From contig JBAZBR010000001.1 of the NCBI GenBank assembly GCA_041671325.1, positions 415,504 to 479,503 of the forward strand: 64,000 nt of DNA. The letters are read 5' to 3'. The translations under genes were made by a program, and so were the position numbers. Positions within the stretch are counted from its first letter, which is position 1, and each line of letters opens with the position of its first letter. The notes under the pieces were generated by a model, which was not told where the DNA came from, searched no databases, and saw only the letters and a program-made list of their open reading frames with translations. This DNA is from Patescibacteria group bacterium. Lineage in GTDB: Bacteria > Patescibacteriota > Patescibacteriia > PEXW01. Positions 1 to 9,341 of this stretch are shown here, one piece after another.

Positions 1-579
1 CTTTGCACGAAGTGTATTCTCCTTAAAAATGGACAAGTGGTAATGTTTGACGAAACAAACAAAGTGGTTGACACATACCTTCAAGGCGGACAACTTGCCA
101 CGCAACAACCACTCCGCCAGCGTCGCGACCGAGACTCAAAAGGTCGAGTGACAATGACCGACATTGCTGTAACTACGCTTAGCGGTAAGGCGGAAATTGA
201 AAGTGGCGACGCGCTTCGCTTCCGTATAAAGTACGAGAGTGTTTTTACAAAACCAATCCATAATGTCCGAATGGTAATAATGATTGTAAATGATGATCTC
301 CAAAATGTTTTATGGTTTGATAATGAAGTGAGTAAGCAGACCCTCACTGAATTTTCACCAAATGGTGAATTTTTATGCGAAACAGGACCTCTAAATCTTT
401 CGCCTGGACGCTACTTTGTCAACCTTCATTTTCATAGCGATGGCGTCAGTGAAGATTCAGTACTTTTGGCTGCCTCGTTTGAAGTAAAAGAAAACTTGCA
501 TAGGTATGCGTTTCAAAAAAGTGCTGACTACAAGGTTACCAACTTCATTGCGCCATTTCAGTATTCGCAAAAAAAATAA
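1..579 (+). CDS. wzt: ABC transporter ATP-binding protein, C-terminal part (Wzt/TagH-like): end of the nucleotide-binding domain plus a C-terminal carbohydrate-binding beta-sandwich domain. Partial; continues upstream of the window.
   Basis: Frame 1 is open from nt 1 (LCTKCILLKNGQVV..., typical of the ABC ATPase C-terminal region). The downstream ~150 aa resemble the Wzt C-terminal O-antigen-binding domain. Confidence 0.6.
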   Translation, partial: LCTKCILLKNGQVVMFDETNKVVDTYLQGGQLATQQPLRQRRDRDSKGRVTMTDIAVTTLSGKAEIESGDALRFRIKYESVFTKPIHNVRMVIMIVNDDLQNVLWFDNEVSKQTLTEFSPNGEFLCETGPLNLSPGRYFVNLHFHSDGVSEDSVLLAASFEVKENLHRYAFQKSADYKVTNFIAPFQYSQKK

Positions 580-617
580 TTATCTTTTCAAATTTACACC
601 ATTAACTTATTGATAAT

Positions 618-1394
618 ATGAAAGTCATTATTTTAGCCGGTGGTTTTGGTACGCGTTTGGGCGATATGACCAGGGAAATTCCAAAACCAATGGCTTTAAT
701 TGGCGACAAACCCATAATTTGGCATATCATGAAAATTTATTCGCATTACGGTTACGATGATTTTATTTTAAGCTTGGGTTATAAGCATCAGGTGATTAAA
801 GAATTTTTCTGCCACTATGATACTCACACTAATGATTTTGCCGTCAACCTTGGTACGAACAAGATTGAAAACTTAAACACCCATAATGAAGTGAATTGGC
901 GAGTTATGTTGGTAAATACCGGCTTAAACACCTTAAAAGGCGCCCGCATTAAACGCCTGGAAAAATACTTAGATGATGATTTAACCATGTGCACTTACGG
1001 TGATGGCGTTGCTGATATCAATATTAAAGCGCTAGTTGAATTCCATAAATCACAAGGCAAAATGGTCACCATAACCGGCGTTAGACCACCCTCAAGATTC
1101 GGCGAAATCACAACAGATGGCGATAAAGTTCTATCTTTCAGTGAAAAGCCGCAATCTTCAACCGGCTTGATAAACGGCGGTTTTATAATATTTGACAAGA
1201 GATTGTTGGGATATCTTTCAGAAGACGAAAATTGCGATTTAGAATATGGCGCTTTTGAAAAAATCGCAAAGGAAGGCGAATTAATGGTTTACCGGCATAC
1301 TGGCCAATGGGAATGTGTTGATACGGAACGCGACTTTAAACATTTAAATAAAATATGGGAAGCAAATGAAGCTTTTTGGAAAGTTTGGAAATAA
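618..1394 (+). CDS. rfbF: Glucose-1-phosphate cytidylyltransferase
   Basis: MKVIILAGGFGTRL...KPM..IG.KPIIWHIMK.YS.YG..DFIL..GYK nucleotidyltransferase signature. About 257 aa, as expected for RfbF/DdhA. Confidence 0.9.
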   Translation: MKVIILAGGFGTRLGDMTREIPKPMALIGDKPIIWHIMKIYSHYGYDDFILSLGYKHQVIKEFFCHYDTHTNDFAVNLGTNKIENLNTHNEVNWRVMLVNTGLNTLKGARIKRLEKYLDDDLTMCTYGDGVADINIKALVEFHKSQGKMVTITGVRPPSRFGEITTDGDKVLSFSEKPQSSTGLINGGFIIFDKRLLGYLSEDENCDLEYGAFEKIAKEGELMVYRHTGQWECVDTERDFKHLNKIWEANEAFWKVWK

Positions 1395-1397
1395 CTA

Positions 1398-2498
1398 ATG
1401 ACTGATAAATTATTTAATGGCATATACAAGGACAAAAAAGTTTTCCTAACCGGAAACACTGGTTTTAAGGGTTCTTGGCTAGCTTTATGGCTTACTAAAC
1501 TGGGTGCGCAAGTTCACGGCTATTCTTTGGACATCCCAACCAAACCAAGTCATTTTGAATTATTGAAGTTAGAAATAGACACTGAATTTGGTGACATCCT
1601 GGATAAAAAAAGATTGCATACCGCCATAGACTCTTTTAAACCTGATATTGTTTTCCATATGGCAGCGCAACCACTGGTCAGAAAATCTTACGCTTTACCT
1701 GTGGAAACATTTGAAACAAACATTATCGGTACACTTAATGTTTTAGAAAGTTGCCGCAAAGCAGGAATAAGAACAATTATCAATATTACCAGTGATAAAT
1801 GCTACGAAAATAAAGAACATCTCCGGGGTTATACAGAAGATGACCCAATGGGTGGTAAAGATCCTTACAGCGCCTCCAAGGGCTGTGCTGAATTAGTAGC
1901 CAATTCATACCGGCATTCATTTTTCAATTTGAACCAATACGGCAAAAGTCATTCAACCCTTTTGGCAGATGTCCGGGCGGGTAATGTAATCGGCGGCGGG
2001 GACTGGGCTGACGACAGATTGATCCCTGATCTAATCAAGGCCGCCAGTATTAACCAAAAAGTAATAATTCGCTATCCCCGCTCAATAAGACCCTGGCAAC
2101 ACGTTTTAGAACCATTAAGCGGCTATTTGCAATTAGGCTGGAAATTATTGGAAGGCAAATTGGAATTCGCCCAAAATTGGAATTTCGGGCCGAATAATGA
2201 ATCTGACCTGACGGTTAACGAAGTGATTGAACGTTCGAAAAAAATTTGGGATAAAATTGACTATCAAATACAGGAAAGCTCTGAAAATTTCCACGAAGCA
2301 GGTTTATTAAAACTGGATTCGACCAAAGCCCGTTCCCAATTGAAATGGTCAAGCGTTTGGGATCTTAATCAAACTTTCGAAAAAACCATTGCATGGTATA
2401 AAAATTATTATTTAAATAGCCAAATCTTCAGTGAAAAGGATTTAGATGATTATATTCAAGACGCGCAAAAAGCTGGATTGGCTTGGACGATAATATGA
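1398..2498 (+). CDS. rfbG: CDP-glucose 4,6-dehydratase
   Basis: Extended SDR: TGNTGFKGSWLALWL Rossmann motif and YSASK catalytic motif. 366 aa. Follows rfbF directly. Confidence 0.88.
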   Translation: MTDKLFNGIYKDKKVFLTGNTGFKGSWLALWLTKLGAQVHGYSLDIPTKPSHFELLKLEIDTEFGDILDKKRLHTAIDSFKPDIVFHMAAQPLVRKSYALPVETFETNIIGTLNVLESCRKAGIRTIINITSDKCYENKEHLRGYTEDDPMGGKDPYSASKGCAELVANSYRHSFFNLNQYGKSHSTLLADVRAGNVIGGGDWADDRLIPDLIKAASINQKVIIRYPRSIRPWQHVLEPLSGYLQLGWKLLEGKLEFAQNWNFGPNNESDLTVNEVIERSKKIWDKIDYQIQESSENFHEAGLLKLDSTKARSQLKWSSVWDLNQTFEKTIAWYKNYYLNSQIFSEKDLDDYIQDAQKAGLAWTII

Positions 2499-3046
2499 AA
2501 ATTATTCAAACCCAACTAAACGAAGTGTATATAATTGAGGCTGATGCCTTCCCCGATGACCGAGGCATTTTTGTCAAAATCTACAATCAAGAAATTTTTA
2601 ACGAACATAAACTTAATTTTCAACCCAAAGAAACTTATTATTCATTTTCAAAAAAAAATGTTATTCGAGGCATGCATTTCCAAACCCCGCCCGCTGACCA
2701 CACTAAATTGGTATATGTCACACAGGGAAAAATTTTAGATGTGATACTGGATATCAGGGTTGGTTCTCCAAATTATGGAAAATACATTACGATAGAATTA
2801 TCCGCTGAAAACCATAAAGCCATTTATATCCCTTCTGGTTTTGCCCACGGCTTTTTATCTTTACAGGAAAATTCTTGTGTCATTTATTCCCAAACTGCGG
2901 TGTATTCACCAGAGAATGACAATGGCATAAACATAAACTCTTTTGGCATGCAATGGGGAATTGAAAATCCAATCGTTTCCAAAAGAGACCAGAATTTCCA
3001 AAATTTCAAGGATTTCAAATCGTCTTTTATCTATAAAAAACCATGA
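2483..3046 (+). CDS. RmlC-like cupin sugar-nucleotide 3,5-epimerase
   Basis: About 187 aa with an RmlC-family pattern (GMHFQ..P....KLV.V..G.I.DV.LD.R..S..YGK). Start overlaps the rfbG stop. Confidence 0.7.
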   Translation: MDDNMKIIQTQLNEVYIIEADAFPDDRGIFVKIYNQEIFNEHKLNFQPKETYYSFSKKNVIRGMHFQTPPADHTKLVYVTQGKILDVILDIRVGSPNYGKYITIELSAENHKAIYIPSGFAHGFLSLQENSCVIYSQTAVYSPENDNGININSFGMQWGIENPIVSKRDQNFQNFKDFKSSFIYKKP

Positions 3047-3930
3047 AATTACTAATCAGCGGGGCTACAGGTTTTATTGGCAACTATTTGGTAAAACGCT
3101 TACTGGCAGAAGGACATGAAATTTTTATTGTAGTCCGGCCTTCAAGCAAGGAAATCCCTGCTGAAAATATTGGTTCCTATGTTTTTGATGGCGACACTGG
3201 AAAACTTATAGACTTTATGCGCCAAAATAATTTCAACGGCATAATACACCTGGCTTCACTTTTTTTAGCCCAACATACTACTCAAGACATTAAAGCCTTA
3301 ATTGATTCAAATGTTTTGTTCTCAACCAACTTGTTGGAAGCCGCCAGCAAAAGCGAAGTTCCTTGGTTCATCAATACTGGGACTTTTTGGCAACATTTCC
3401 AAAACAGTACTTACTCCCCTGTTAATCTCTATGCGGCAACCAAACAAGCTTTTGAAGACATCGCCAAGTACTATATCGAAACTTCCAATATAAATTTTGT
3501 TACCTTAAAATTGTGTGATACTTTTGGCCCCAATGACACCCGAAAGAAAATTTTTAACTTGTGGATGAAAATTGGCAAATCTGGTGAAACTTTGGATATG
3601 TCAAAAGGCGAACAAATCATTGACATAAGTTATATTGAAAATGTCATTGATGGCTATATATATTTAATAAATCTATTAAGCCAGGATGATTCCAAAAAAC
3701 TGCAAGGGCGTTCCTTTGCCCTGAAGTCAAACGAAAGGATGACCCTAAAAAATTTAGCTAAACTTTTCGAAGAAGTGACGAACACTAAATTGAACATCAA
3801 TTGGGGCAAAAAGAAGTACCGCTTAAGGGAGGTTATGGTGCCTTGGGAAAACGGCGAAACTATTCCGGGCTGGCAGCCAAAAATTTCCTTGAGAGAAGGA
3901 ATTAAAAGGACATTTAATCAAAGTCTTTAA
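3043..3930 (+). CDS. NAD(P)-dependent epimerase/dehydratase (SDR); candidate CDP-4-keto-3,6-dideoxyhexose reductase
   Basis: GATGFIGNYLVKRLL Rossmann motif. About 295 aa, similar in size to RfbJ/RfbS. The synthase assignment is inferred from its position in the CDP-sugar operon. Confidence 0.6.
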   Translation: MKLLISGATGFIGNYLVKRLLAEGHEIFIVVRPSSKEIPAENIGSYVFDGDTGKLIDFMRQNNFNGIIHLASLFLAQHTTQDIKALIDSNVLFSTNLLEAASKSEVPWFINTGTFWQHFQNSTYSPVNLYAATKQAFEDIAKYYIETSNINFVTLKLCDTFGPNDTRKKIFNLWMKIGKSGETLDMSKGEQIIDISYIENVIDGYIYLINLLSQDDSKKLQGRSFALKSNERMTLKNLAKLFEEVTNTKLNINWGKKKYRLREVMVPWENGETIPGWQPKISLREGIKRTFNQSL

Positions 3931-3931
3931 T

Positions 3932-5266
3932 ATGACAAAAGCAGAAAAGCTTAAAAAGGAAATCTTTGAAAAAGTTAAGGCATATTACCAAGAAGCCCAC
4001 AACCAACCTAAAAAATTCGTTGAAGGTGTTAGTACGGTAAGATACGCTGGCCGGGTTTTTGATGAAAAAGAAATTCTTAATCTAATTGATTCCTCATTAG
4101 AATTTTGGCTGACCTATGGCCGCTATTCCAAACTTTTTGAAGAAAAATTGGCTAAATTTCTGGGCAGGAAATGGACTTTTTTAGTCAATTCAGGCTCTTC
4201 AGCCAACCTTTTGTCCTTATCAGCCCTAACTTCGCCTTTACTTCGCGATAGGCGCCTTAAAAAGGGCGATGAGGTAATTACCCTGGCCGCCGGGTTTCCA
4301 ACCACAGTAGCGCCAATAATCCAGAATGGAGCGATTCCAGTATTCGTTGATATCGACCTAAAAACTTGTAATATAGACGTTAACTACCTGAAACAAGCGC
4401 TTTCGGAGAAAACCAAAGCTATTATGATCGCCCACACCCTAGGCAACCCTTTTAACTTAAGAGCAGTTAAAAATTTCTGCGAAATAAATAAGCTTTGGCT
4501 AATCGAAGATAACTGCGATGCCTTAGGTAGCACTTATGAAGGTAAGTTAACTGGCACTTGGGGTGATATTGGGACTTCCAGCTTCTACCCGGCCCATCAT
4601 ATAACTATGGGTGAAGGCGGCGCGGTTTATACCGATAATGTTATTTTAAAAAAAGTCATCCTGTCTTTACGCGATTGGGGTAGGGATTGCTGGTGCGACA
4701 GTGGCAAAGAAAATACTTGCGGCGCTAGGTTTTCCCAACAACACGGAACCTTGCCTTTTGGTTATGACCATAAATATGTTTATAGCCATTTTGGATATAA
4801 TTTGAAAGTTACCGACATGCAAGCGGCTATTGGCTGTGCCCAAATTGACAAATTGCCAATGATTATCCAAAAACGTAAGGACAATTTTAATAAATTATTT
4901 GAAGGACTGAAGAGTCTCCAAGATTATTTTTACCTGCCCCAAGCAACACCTAACAGCGATCCAAGCTGGTTCGGCTTTTTATTGATCCTCAAGGACAAAT
5001 TGCTATTCACCAGAAAGGATTTGACCACTTACCTTGATGAAAAACATATCCAATCCAGAAATTTGTTTGCCGGAAATTTAGTCAGGCAACCTTTATTTCA
5101 AAACTTAATTCCTGATAAAGATTTTCGGGTAATTGGCAATTTAAAAAATACTGACAAGGTTATGAACGACGCATTTTGGCTAGGCGTATATCCGGGCAGG
5201 AAAATCGATGAGATCGAATATATGATTAAAACCCTTAAAAATTTTGTTTCAATTTATGCAAAATAA
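3932..5266 (+). CDS. rfbH: CDP-6-deoxy-D-xylo-4-hexulose-3-dehydrase (E1, PLP/PMP-dependent DegT/DnrJ/EryC1 family)
   Basis: 444 aa. Aminotransferase-fold motifs (LVNSGSSANLL, DNCDALG) plus a cysteine cluster (CWCDSGKENTCGARF) characteristic of the E1 iron-sulfur site. Confidence 0.85.
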   Translation: MTKAEKLKKEIFEKVKAYYQEAHNQPKKFVEGVSTVRYAGRVFDEKEILNLIDSSLEFWLTYGRYSKLFEEKLAKFLGRKWTFLVNSGSSANLLSLSALTSPLLRDRRLKKGDEVITLAAGFPTTVAPIIQNGAIPVFVDIDLKTCNIDVNYLKQALSEKTKAIMIAHTLGNPFNLRAVKNFCEINKLWLIEDNCDALGSTYEGKLTGTWGDIGTSSFYPAHHITMGEGGAVYTDNVILKKVILSLRDWGRDCWCDSGKENTCGARFSQQHGTLPFGYDHKYVYSHFGYNLKVTDMQAAIGCAQIDKLPMIIQKRKDNFNKLFEGLKSLQDYFYLPQATPNSDPSWFGFLLILKDKLLFTRKDLTTYLDEKHIQSRNLFAGNLVRQPLFQNLIPDKDFRVIGNLKNTDKVMNDAFWLGVYPGRKIDEIEYMIKTLKNFVSIYAK

Positions 5267-6680
5267 TCAAAGAAAATTAATTAGTGTTGGGTTGCCGGTC
5301 TATGACATGCATGGGCTGGGTCATATTTTTCTGAAGCATAGCTTGGATATCTTAATTAATCAGAGCTTCAAGGATTTTGACGTGATTGTTTCTGATTATT
5401 CGGCCGACAAGGTCATTAAAAACCTGTGCCAAAGTTATACCGGTCGGCTCGACATCAAGTATTTCAAAAATACCGACCCTACTGGCGGCATGTCGGCTAA
5501 TACCAATAATGCTATTCGACACGCCACTGGTAAAATTATTAAAATCTTATTCCAAGATGATTTTCTTTATGATGAGAAATCCTTGCAAATTATTGCGGAA
5601 AACTTTGACTTGGAAAAAGATAACTGGTTGGTGACGGCCTGCGAACATTCTAAAGACGGTAAAACTTTTTTTCGGCCTTTTTACCCTAGATATAACCATA
5701 AAATACTTTTGGGCAATAATACTATAAGTTCGCCGTCTGTTTTATCAATTAAAAACGATAACCCCCTGCTTTTTGACCCAAAACTCAAATGGCTGATGGA
5801 CTGCGATTATTACAAAAGATGCTATGACAAATTTGGCGAACCGAAAATTGTTAACCAAATTGCCGCAGTTAACAGAATTGGCGATCATCAAATCTCAAAA
5901 ACTGAAGCTGATGAACACTTAAGAAAGGTTGAATACAAATATGTCAAAGAAAAAAATTCAATAAAAAACGCAAGCAAAATTCGACTACCTGACGTCACTT
6001 TAGTGGCAGTATCGGGCATAAATCCAACCGGCGTTATAAAAGCTCTGGAAATATCAATGGATGGTATTGAATTCAATGAAGTTGTGCTTATCGCCCATAA
6101 TTGCCCGCCGGATATGAATAAAAAAATAACCTTTAAAAAGTGCAAACCAAACCAATTGGCAAGTCAAGATCCCAAAAATACCAATGATTTTAGCCATTTT
6201 ATGGCTTATGACTTGTGGGAATACATAAACAGTGATTATGCGTTAATCGTACATAATAAAGCCTTTGTTTTAAGACCTGACAAATGGGATGAAGAATTTT
6301 TAAAATATGATTATATTGGCCCGCCCTGGCCTAAAGGCGTACATTTTACCAATGAAGGCAATAATGTTCGGGTTGGGAATGGAGGTTTTTCTTTACGCAG
6401 CCAAAAACTGATGCGTACACTGAATGAATTAAAATTACCTTTTACTGACAATGGTACTGGTTTTTTCCACGAAGACGGCATAATTTGTGTATACTATCGA
6501 AAAAAACTGGAGAACTACGGAATTAAATTCGCTCCCGTTGATATAGCATCACGCTTTGGCAGAGAAAAAGATTGTGAAGATTCTGTTTCTAAACCATTTG
6601 GCTTTCATAACAACTCCAAGGCTATGCCCAGATTCTTTTATCTCAAACGTAAACTAAAAAATCTCGGGTTTAATACATGA
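5244..6680 (+). CDS. Two-domain glycosyltransferase-like protein (N-terminal GT2/GT-A-like; C-terminal uncharacterised domain)
   Basis: The N-terminus has the GT2 pattern (VGLPVYDM....L..SLDILINQSFKDFDVIVSDYSAD; DD). The C-terminal half (VGNGGFSLRS motif) resembles an uncharacterised GT-associated domain. Confidence 0.5.
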   Translation: MFQFMQNNQRKLISVGLPVYDMHGLGHIFLKHSLDILINQSFKDFDVIVSDYSADKVIKNLCQSYTGRLDIKYFKNTDPTGGMSANTNNAIRHATGKIIKILFQDDFLYDEKSLQIIAENFDLEKDNWLVTACEHSKDGKTFFRPFYPRYNHKILLGNNTISSPSVLSIKNDNPLLFDPKLKWLMDCDYYKRCYDKFGEPKIVNQIAAVNRIGDHQISKTEADEHLRKVEYKYVKEKNSIKNASKIRLPDVTLVAVSGINPTGVIKALEISMDGIEFNEVVLIAHNCPPDMNKKITFKKCKPNQLASQDPKNTNDFSHFMAYDLWEYINSDYALIVHNKAFVLRPDKWDEEFLKYDYIGPPWPKGVHFTNEGNNVRVGNGGFSLRSQKLMRTLNELKLPFTDNGTGFFHEDGIICVYYRKKLENYGIKFAPVDIASRFGREKDCEDSVSKPFGFHNNSKAMPRFFYLKRKLKNLGFNT

Positions 6681-6739
6681 TTACTGCAGATACAATAGAA
6701 TAATTTTTTTAGGAAATATAATACGTTCTATCACTCTAT

Positions 6740-6768
6740 TTGAAATTATATCAGTTTTAGTATATAAT
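6740..6768 (+). promoter_or_regulatory. Consensus sigma-70-type promoter (TTGAAA, 17-nt spacer, TATAAT) in the AT-rich spacer upstream of the methyltransferase gene
   Basis: TTGAAA at 6740-6745 and TATAAT at 6763-6768 with an exact 17-nt spacer. Sits in the only ~100-nt intergenic gap of the plus-strand gene array. Confidence 0.5.
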
Positions 6769-6784
6769 TAAACAGAAATTTTTA

Positions 6785-7654
6785 TTGTTAAACAATAACA
6801 CTCATATGACAGTAAAAAAACTAGGTTGGGAAAAATGTCCAGACGGTAACGCTCAATTGTACATGGACAAATGTAAATTATTTGTCGCCGACGAAAAGAG
6901 CTTTGCTAACTTTAAAAGGGACAAGGACTATGGCAAAATTCTAGAAGGAGGCGAGAAAATCGTCGGTGAAATTGCACTAAAAGGTATCTTGAAAATGAAA
7001 GGTCAAACTATTCTGCTGGATAATCTGAAAAAATTCAAAGAAAACGAAATGTACGGTAACCCAATCCTGCATGAATATGAATTAACCGGACCCATGGTGC
7101 CATCCACGCTACGCTACGTCAATACTTATTTGGAAGTCAAGGAACTTACCAAAGATCATAAATTAAAAAAAATAGTTGAGGTCGGAGGAGGTTACGGTGG
7201 GCTTTGTAAAACAATAAGTGTTTTGGAAAACTTTGATGAATACACAATGGTTGATTTACCTCCGGCTATTGCACTTTGTCAAAAATATTTAAATCATTTT
7301 GACAGCATTAAAAACAAAATTAAATACATTTCATGCGAGGATATTAAAAGCCTTGAAGCGATAACTGATGTGGATTTGTTTATCAGTGATTCGGCTCTGG
7401 CTGAATGTGACCTTGAAACGCAAATACTGTACACAAAGACAATTGCAAAAAAATCCAAATTCATTTACGTAAACTTTAACACACTTCATATAAAAAGTGC
7501 GGCAAAGGAAATGAAATTATTTATTAAGAGTTTTCCAAATAAAAAAGTGCAGACATATCAATCTGGCATGGTCACAGCCATAATTATTGACACTACGAAG
7601 GAAGCTTCTCCGAAATTCTTTTCGATCAAAGGTCTAATAAAGAAATTCACTTAG
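6785..7654 (+). CDS. Class I SAM-dependent methyltransferase (putative sugar O-methyltransferase)
   Basis: VEVGGGYGGL glycine-rich SAM-binding motif followed by an acidic residue. Lies within the glycan operon. Confidence 0.55.
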   Translation: MLNNNTHMTVKKLGWEKCPDGNAQLYMDKCKLFVADEKSFANFKRDKDYGKILEGGEKIVGEIALKGILKMKGQTILLDNLKKFKENEMYGNPILHEYELTGPMVPSTLRYVNTYLEVKELTKDHKLKKIVEVGGGYGGLCKTISVLENFDEYTMVDLPPAIALCQKYLNHFDSIKNKIKYISCEDIKSLEAITDVDLFISDSALAECDLETQILYTKTIAKKSKFIYVNFNTLHIKSAAKEMKLFIKSFPNKKVQTYQSGMVTAIIIDTTKEASPKFFSIKGLIKKFT

Positions 7655-7658
7655 AAAA

Positions 7659-9341
7659 ATGATTGTAACTGAAATATACAGGGGGCAAGGACTGGGAAAT
7701 CAACTTTGGTGCTATGTTACAACCAGGGTTATTGCCAAAGATAAAGGCTATGATTTTGGCATTAAATCTCCAGAAAAATTCAAGTGCAATGATTTCTTAC
7801 AATTAGATTCTGGCAAAACGGTGGCCGGCGGGTCTGGCCCTGAAGGTGGTCCACCGCATGTTTTACCTGAAGGCATCCAATATTATTATAACGAACGTCG
7901 TATTAACCATCCTGAGAATGGCGTTGACATCCGAACTTTTGATAAAAATCTAGTCGAAATTCCGGACAATACAAAAATCGATGGCGTCATGCAAGATGAA
8001 CAATACATACTACACCGTAAAAACGAAATTCGTATTTGGTTGAAAGTTAAACAGGAATTTGAATGTCATGATTACGCCAGCGAAGAAATTTGCGTCATTA
8101 ACTTTCGTGGTGGCGAATACGTCAATATAAAAAACGTATTTTTACCCCAAAAATACTGGGACGATGCCGTGGCGCATATGCGGAAAATCAACCCGAATTT
8201 CAAGTTTGTGGTTATTACTGATGATGTTAAAACCGCCAAAAAGTTCTTCCCCGAATTTGAAGTTCACCACTTCAACATTGCCAAGGATTACGTCATCGTC
8301 AAAAATGCCTATTATCTTATCCTTTCCAATTCCAGTTTTGCGTGCTTTCCCGCTTGGCTGAGTGAAAACCTGAAATTTTGTATTGCGCCAAAATACTGGT
8401 CACAGCATAACACATCTGATGGATACTGGGGCTGCGGTTATAATATGATTCACGGTTGGCATTACCTTGATCGTCATGGCAAATTTTTTGACTATGAGAC
8501 GTGTCAAAATGAATTTAACGACTACGCAAAAAAACACGCTATCTTTTTTGAACAAATGAAAATTAAAAACAATTTCTTAGTAATTTCAAATTATCATAAT
8601 GATCTTAGTTGGGTACCAGAATACACGGAGAATTATCTTATTTATGATAAAACGTCAATAAGCGTTCACCCCCCCAAACTTAATTCGCAAAAAGTTAAAA
8701 AAAGTCCAAATGTCGGTTATAACCTTTACGATTATTTCGATTATATCATCGATCATTATGAAAATCTGCCGGATTGTATAATTTTTACAAAAGGCAATGT
8801 CTTCCCAAGGCACGTGACTAAAGAATATTTCGATCGAATAATCAATAATGACTTTTTTACGCCTATTGAAGACTATCGTATGCATAAAGAAAAATGGCCT
8901 ATCTGTTTCTTTGCATCAGATGGAGGTTTTTGCGAATTAAATAACGACTGGTATCTAAATTACCATGAAACCAAGTATTTTTACCACTATAATGATTTTC
9001 TCCAGTTTTGCTTTAAAAATCCAGTATTACCAAGGTATATAAGATTCGCTCCTGGTGGCAATTACATCGTCCCAAAAGAAAACATACTTAAATTACCAAA
9101 AATTTTTTATGAAAATTTACGAACTTTTGTATCCCATACCCAGCTTCCTGGTGAAGCCCATATTATTGAAAGAGCTCTGTATACTTTATGGACATGTAAT
9201 TTTGAAATAAATACTACTATGTTAAGACCAGCTGATAGTAATTTTATTACTAAACCAAGCCCAAACCTCTCTTTTAAAGAGCGGATTACTAGAAGAATTA
9301 AATCTCTTTTTGAAAAAACTGTTACCAAAATTTACCAATAA
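7659..9341 (+). CDS. GT11-family (alpha-1,2-fucosyltransferase-like) glycosyltransferase with an ~290-aa uncharacterised C-terminal extension
   Basis: GT11 motifs are recognisable in order: GQGLGNQLW.Y, INFRGGEY (HxRRGDY-like), VITDD (FSDD-like), and LSNSSFACFPAWL (STFSWWAAYL-like). Confidence 0.6.
   Translation: MIVTEIYRGQGLGNQLWCYVTTRVIAKDKGYDFGIKSPEKFKCNDFLQLDSGKTVAGGSGPEGGPPHVLPEGIQYYYNERRINHPENGVDIRTFDKNLVEIPDNTKIDGVMQDEQYILHRKNEIRIWLKVKQEFECHDYASEEICVINFRGGEYVNIKNVFLPQKYWDDAVAHMRKINPNFKFVVITDDVKTAKKFFPEFEVHHFNIAKDYVIVKNAYYLILSNSSFACFPAWLSENLKFCIAPKYWSQHNTSDGYWGCGYNMIHGWHYLDRHGKFFDYETCQNEFNDYAKKHAIFFEQMKIKNNFLVISNYHNDLSWVPEYTENYLIYDKTSISVHPPKLNSQKVKKSPNVGYNLYDYFDYIIDHYENLPDCIIFTKGNVFPRHVTKEYFDRIINNDFFTPIEDYRMHKEKWPICFFASDGGFCELNNDWYLNYHETKYFYHYNDFLQFCFKNPVLPRYIRFAPGGNYIVPKENILKLPKIFYENLRTFVSHTQLPGEAHIIERALYTLWTCNFEINTTMLRPADSNFITKPSPNLSFKERITRRIKSLFEKTVTKIYQ

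Noticed and set aside
81-347. 88-aa minus-strand ORF antisense to the Wzt-like gene
   Set aside because: Entirely antisense within a well-supported coding region; low-complexity, Arg/Ser-rich translation; no start context.
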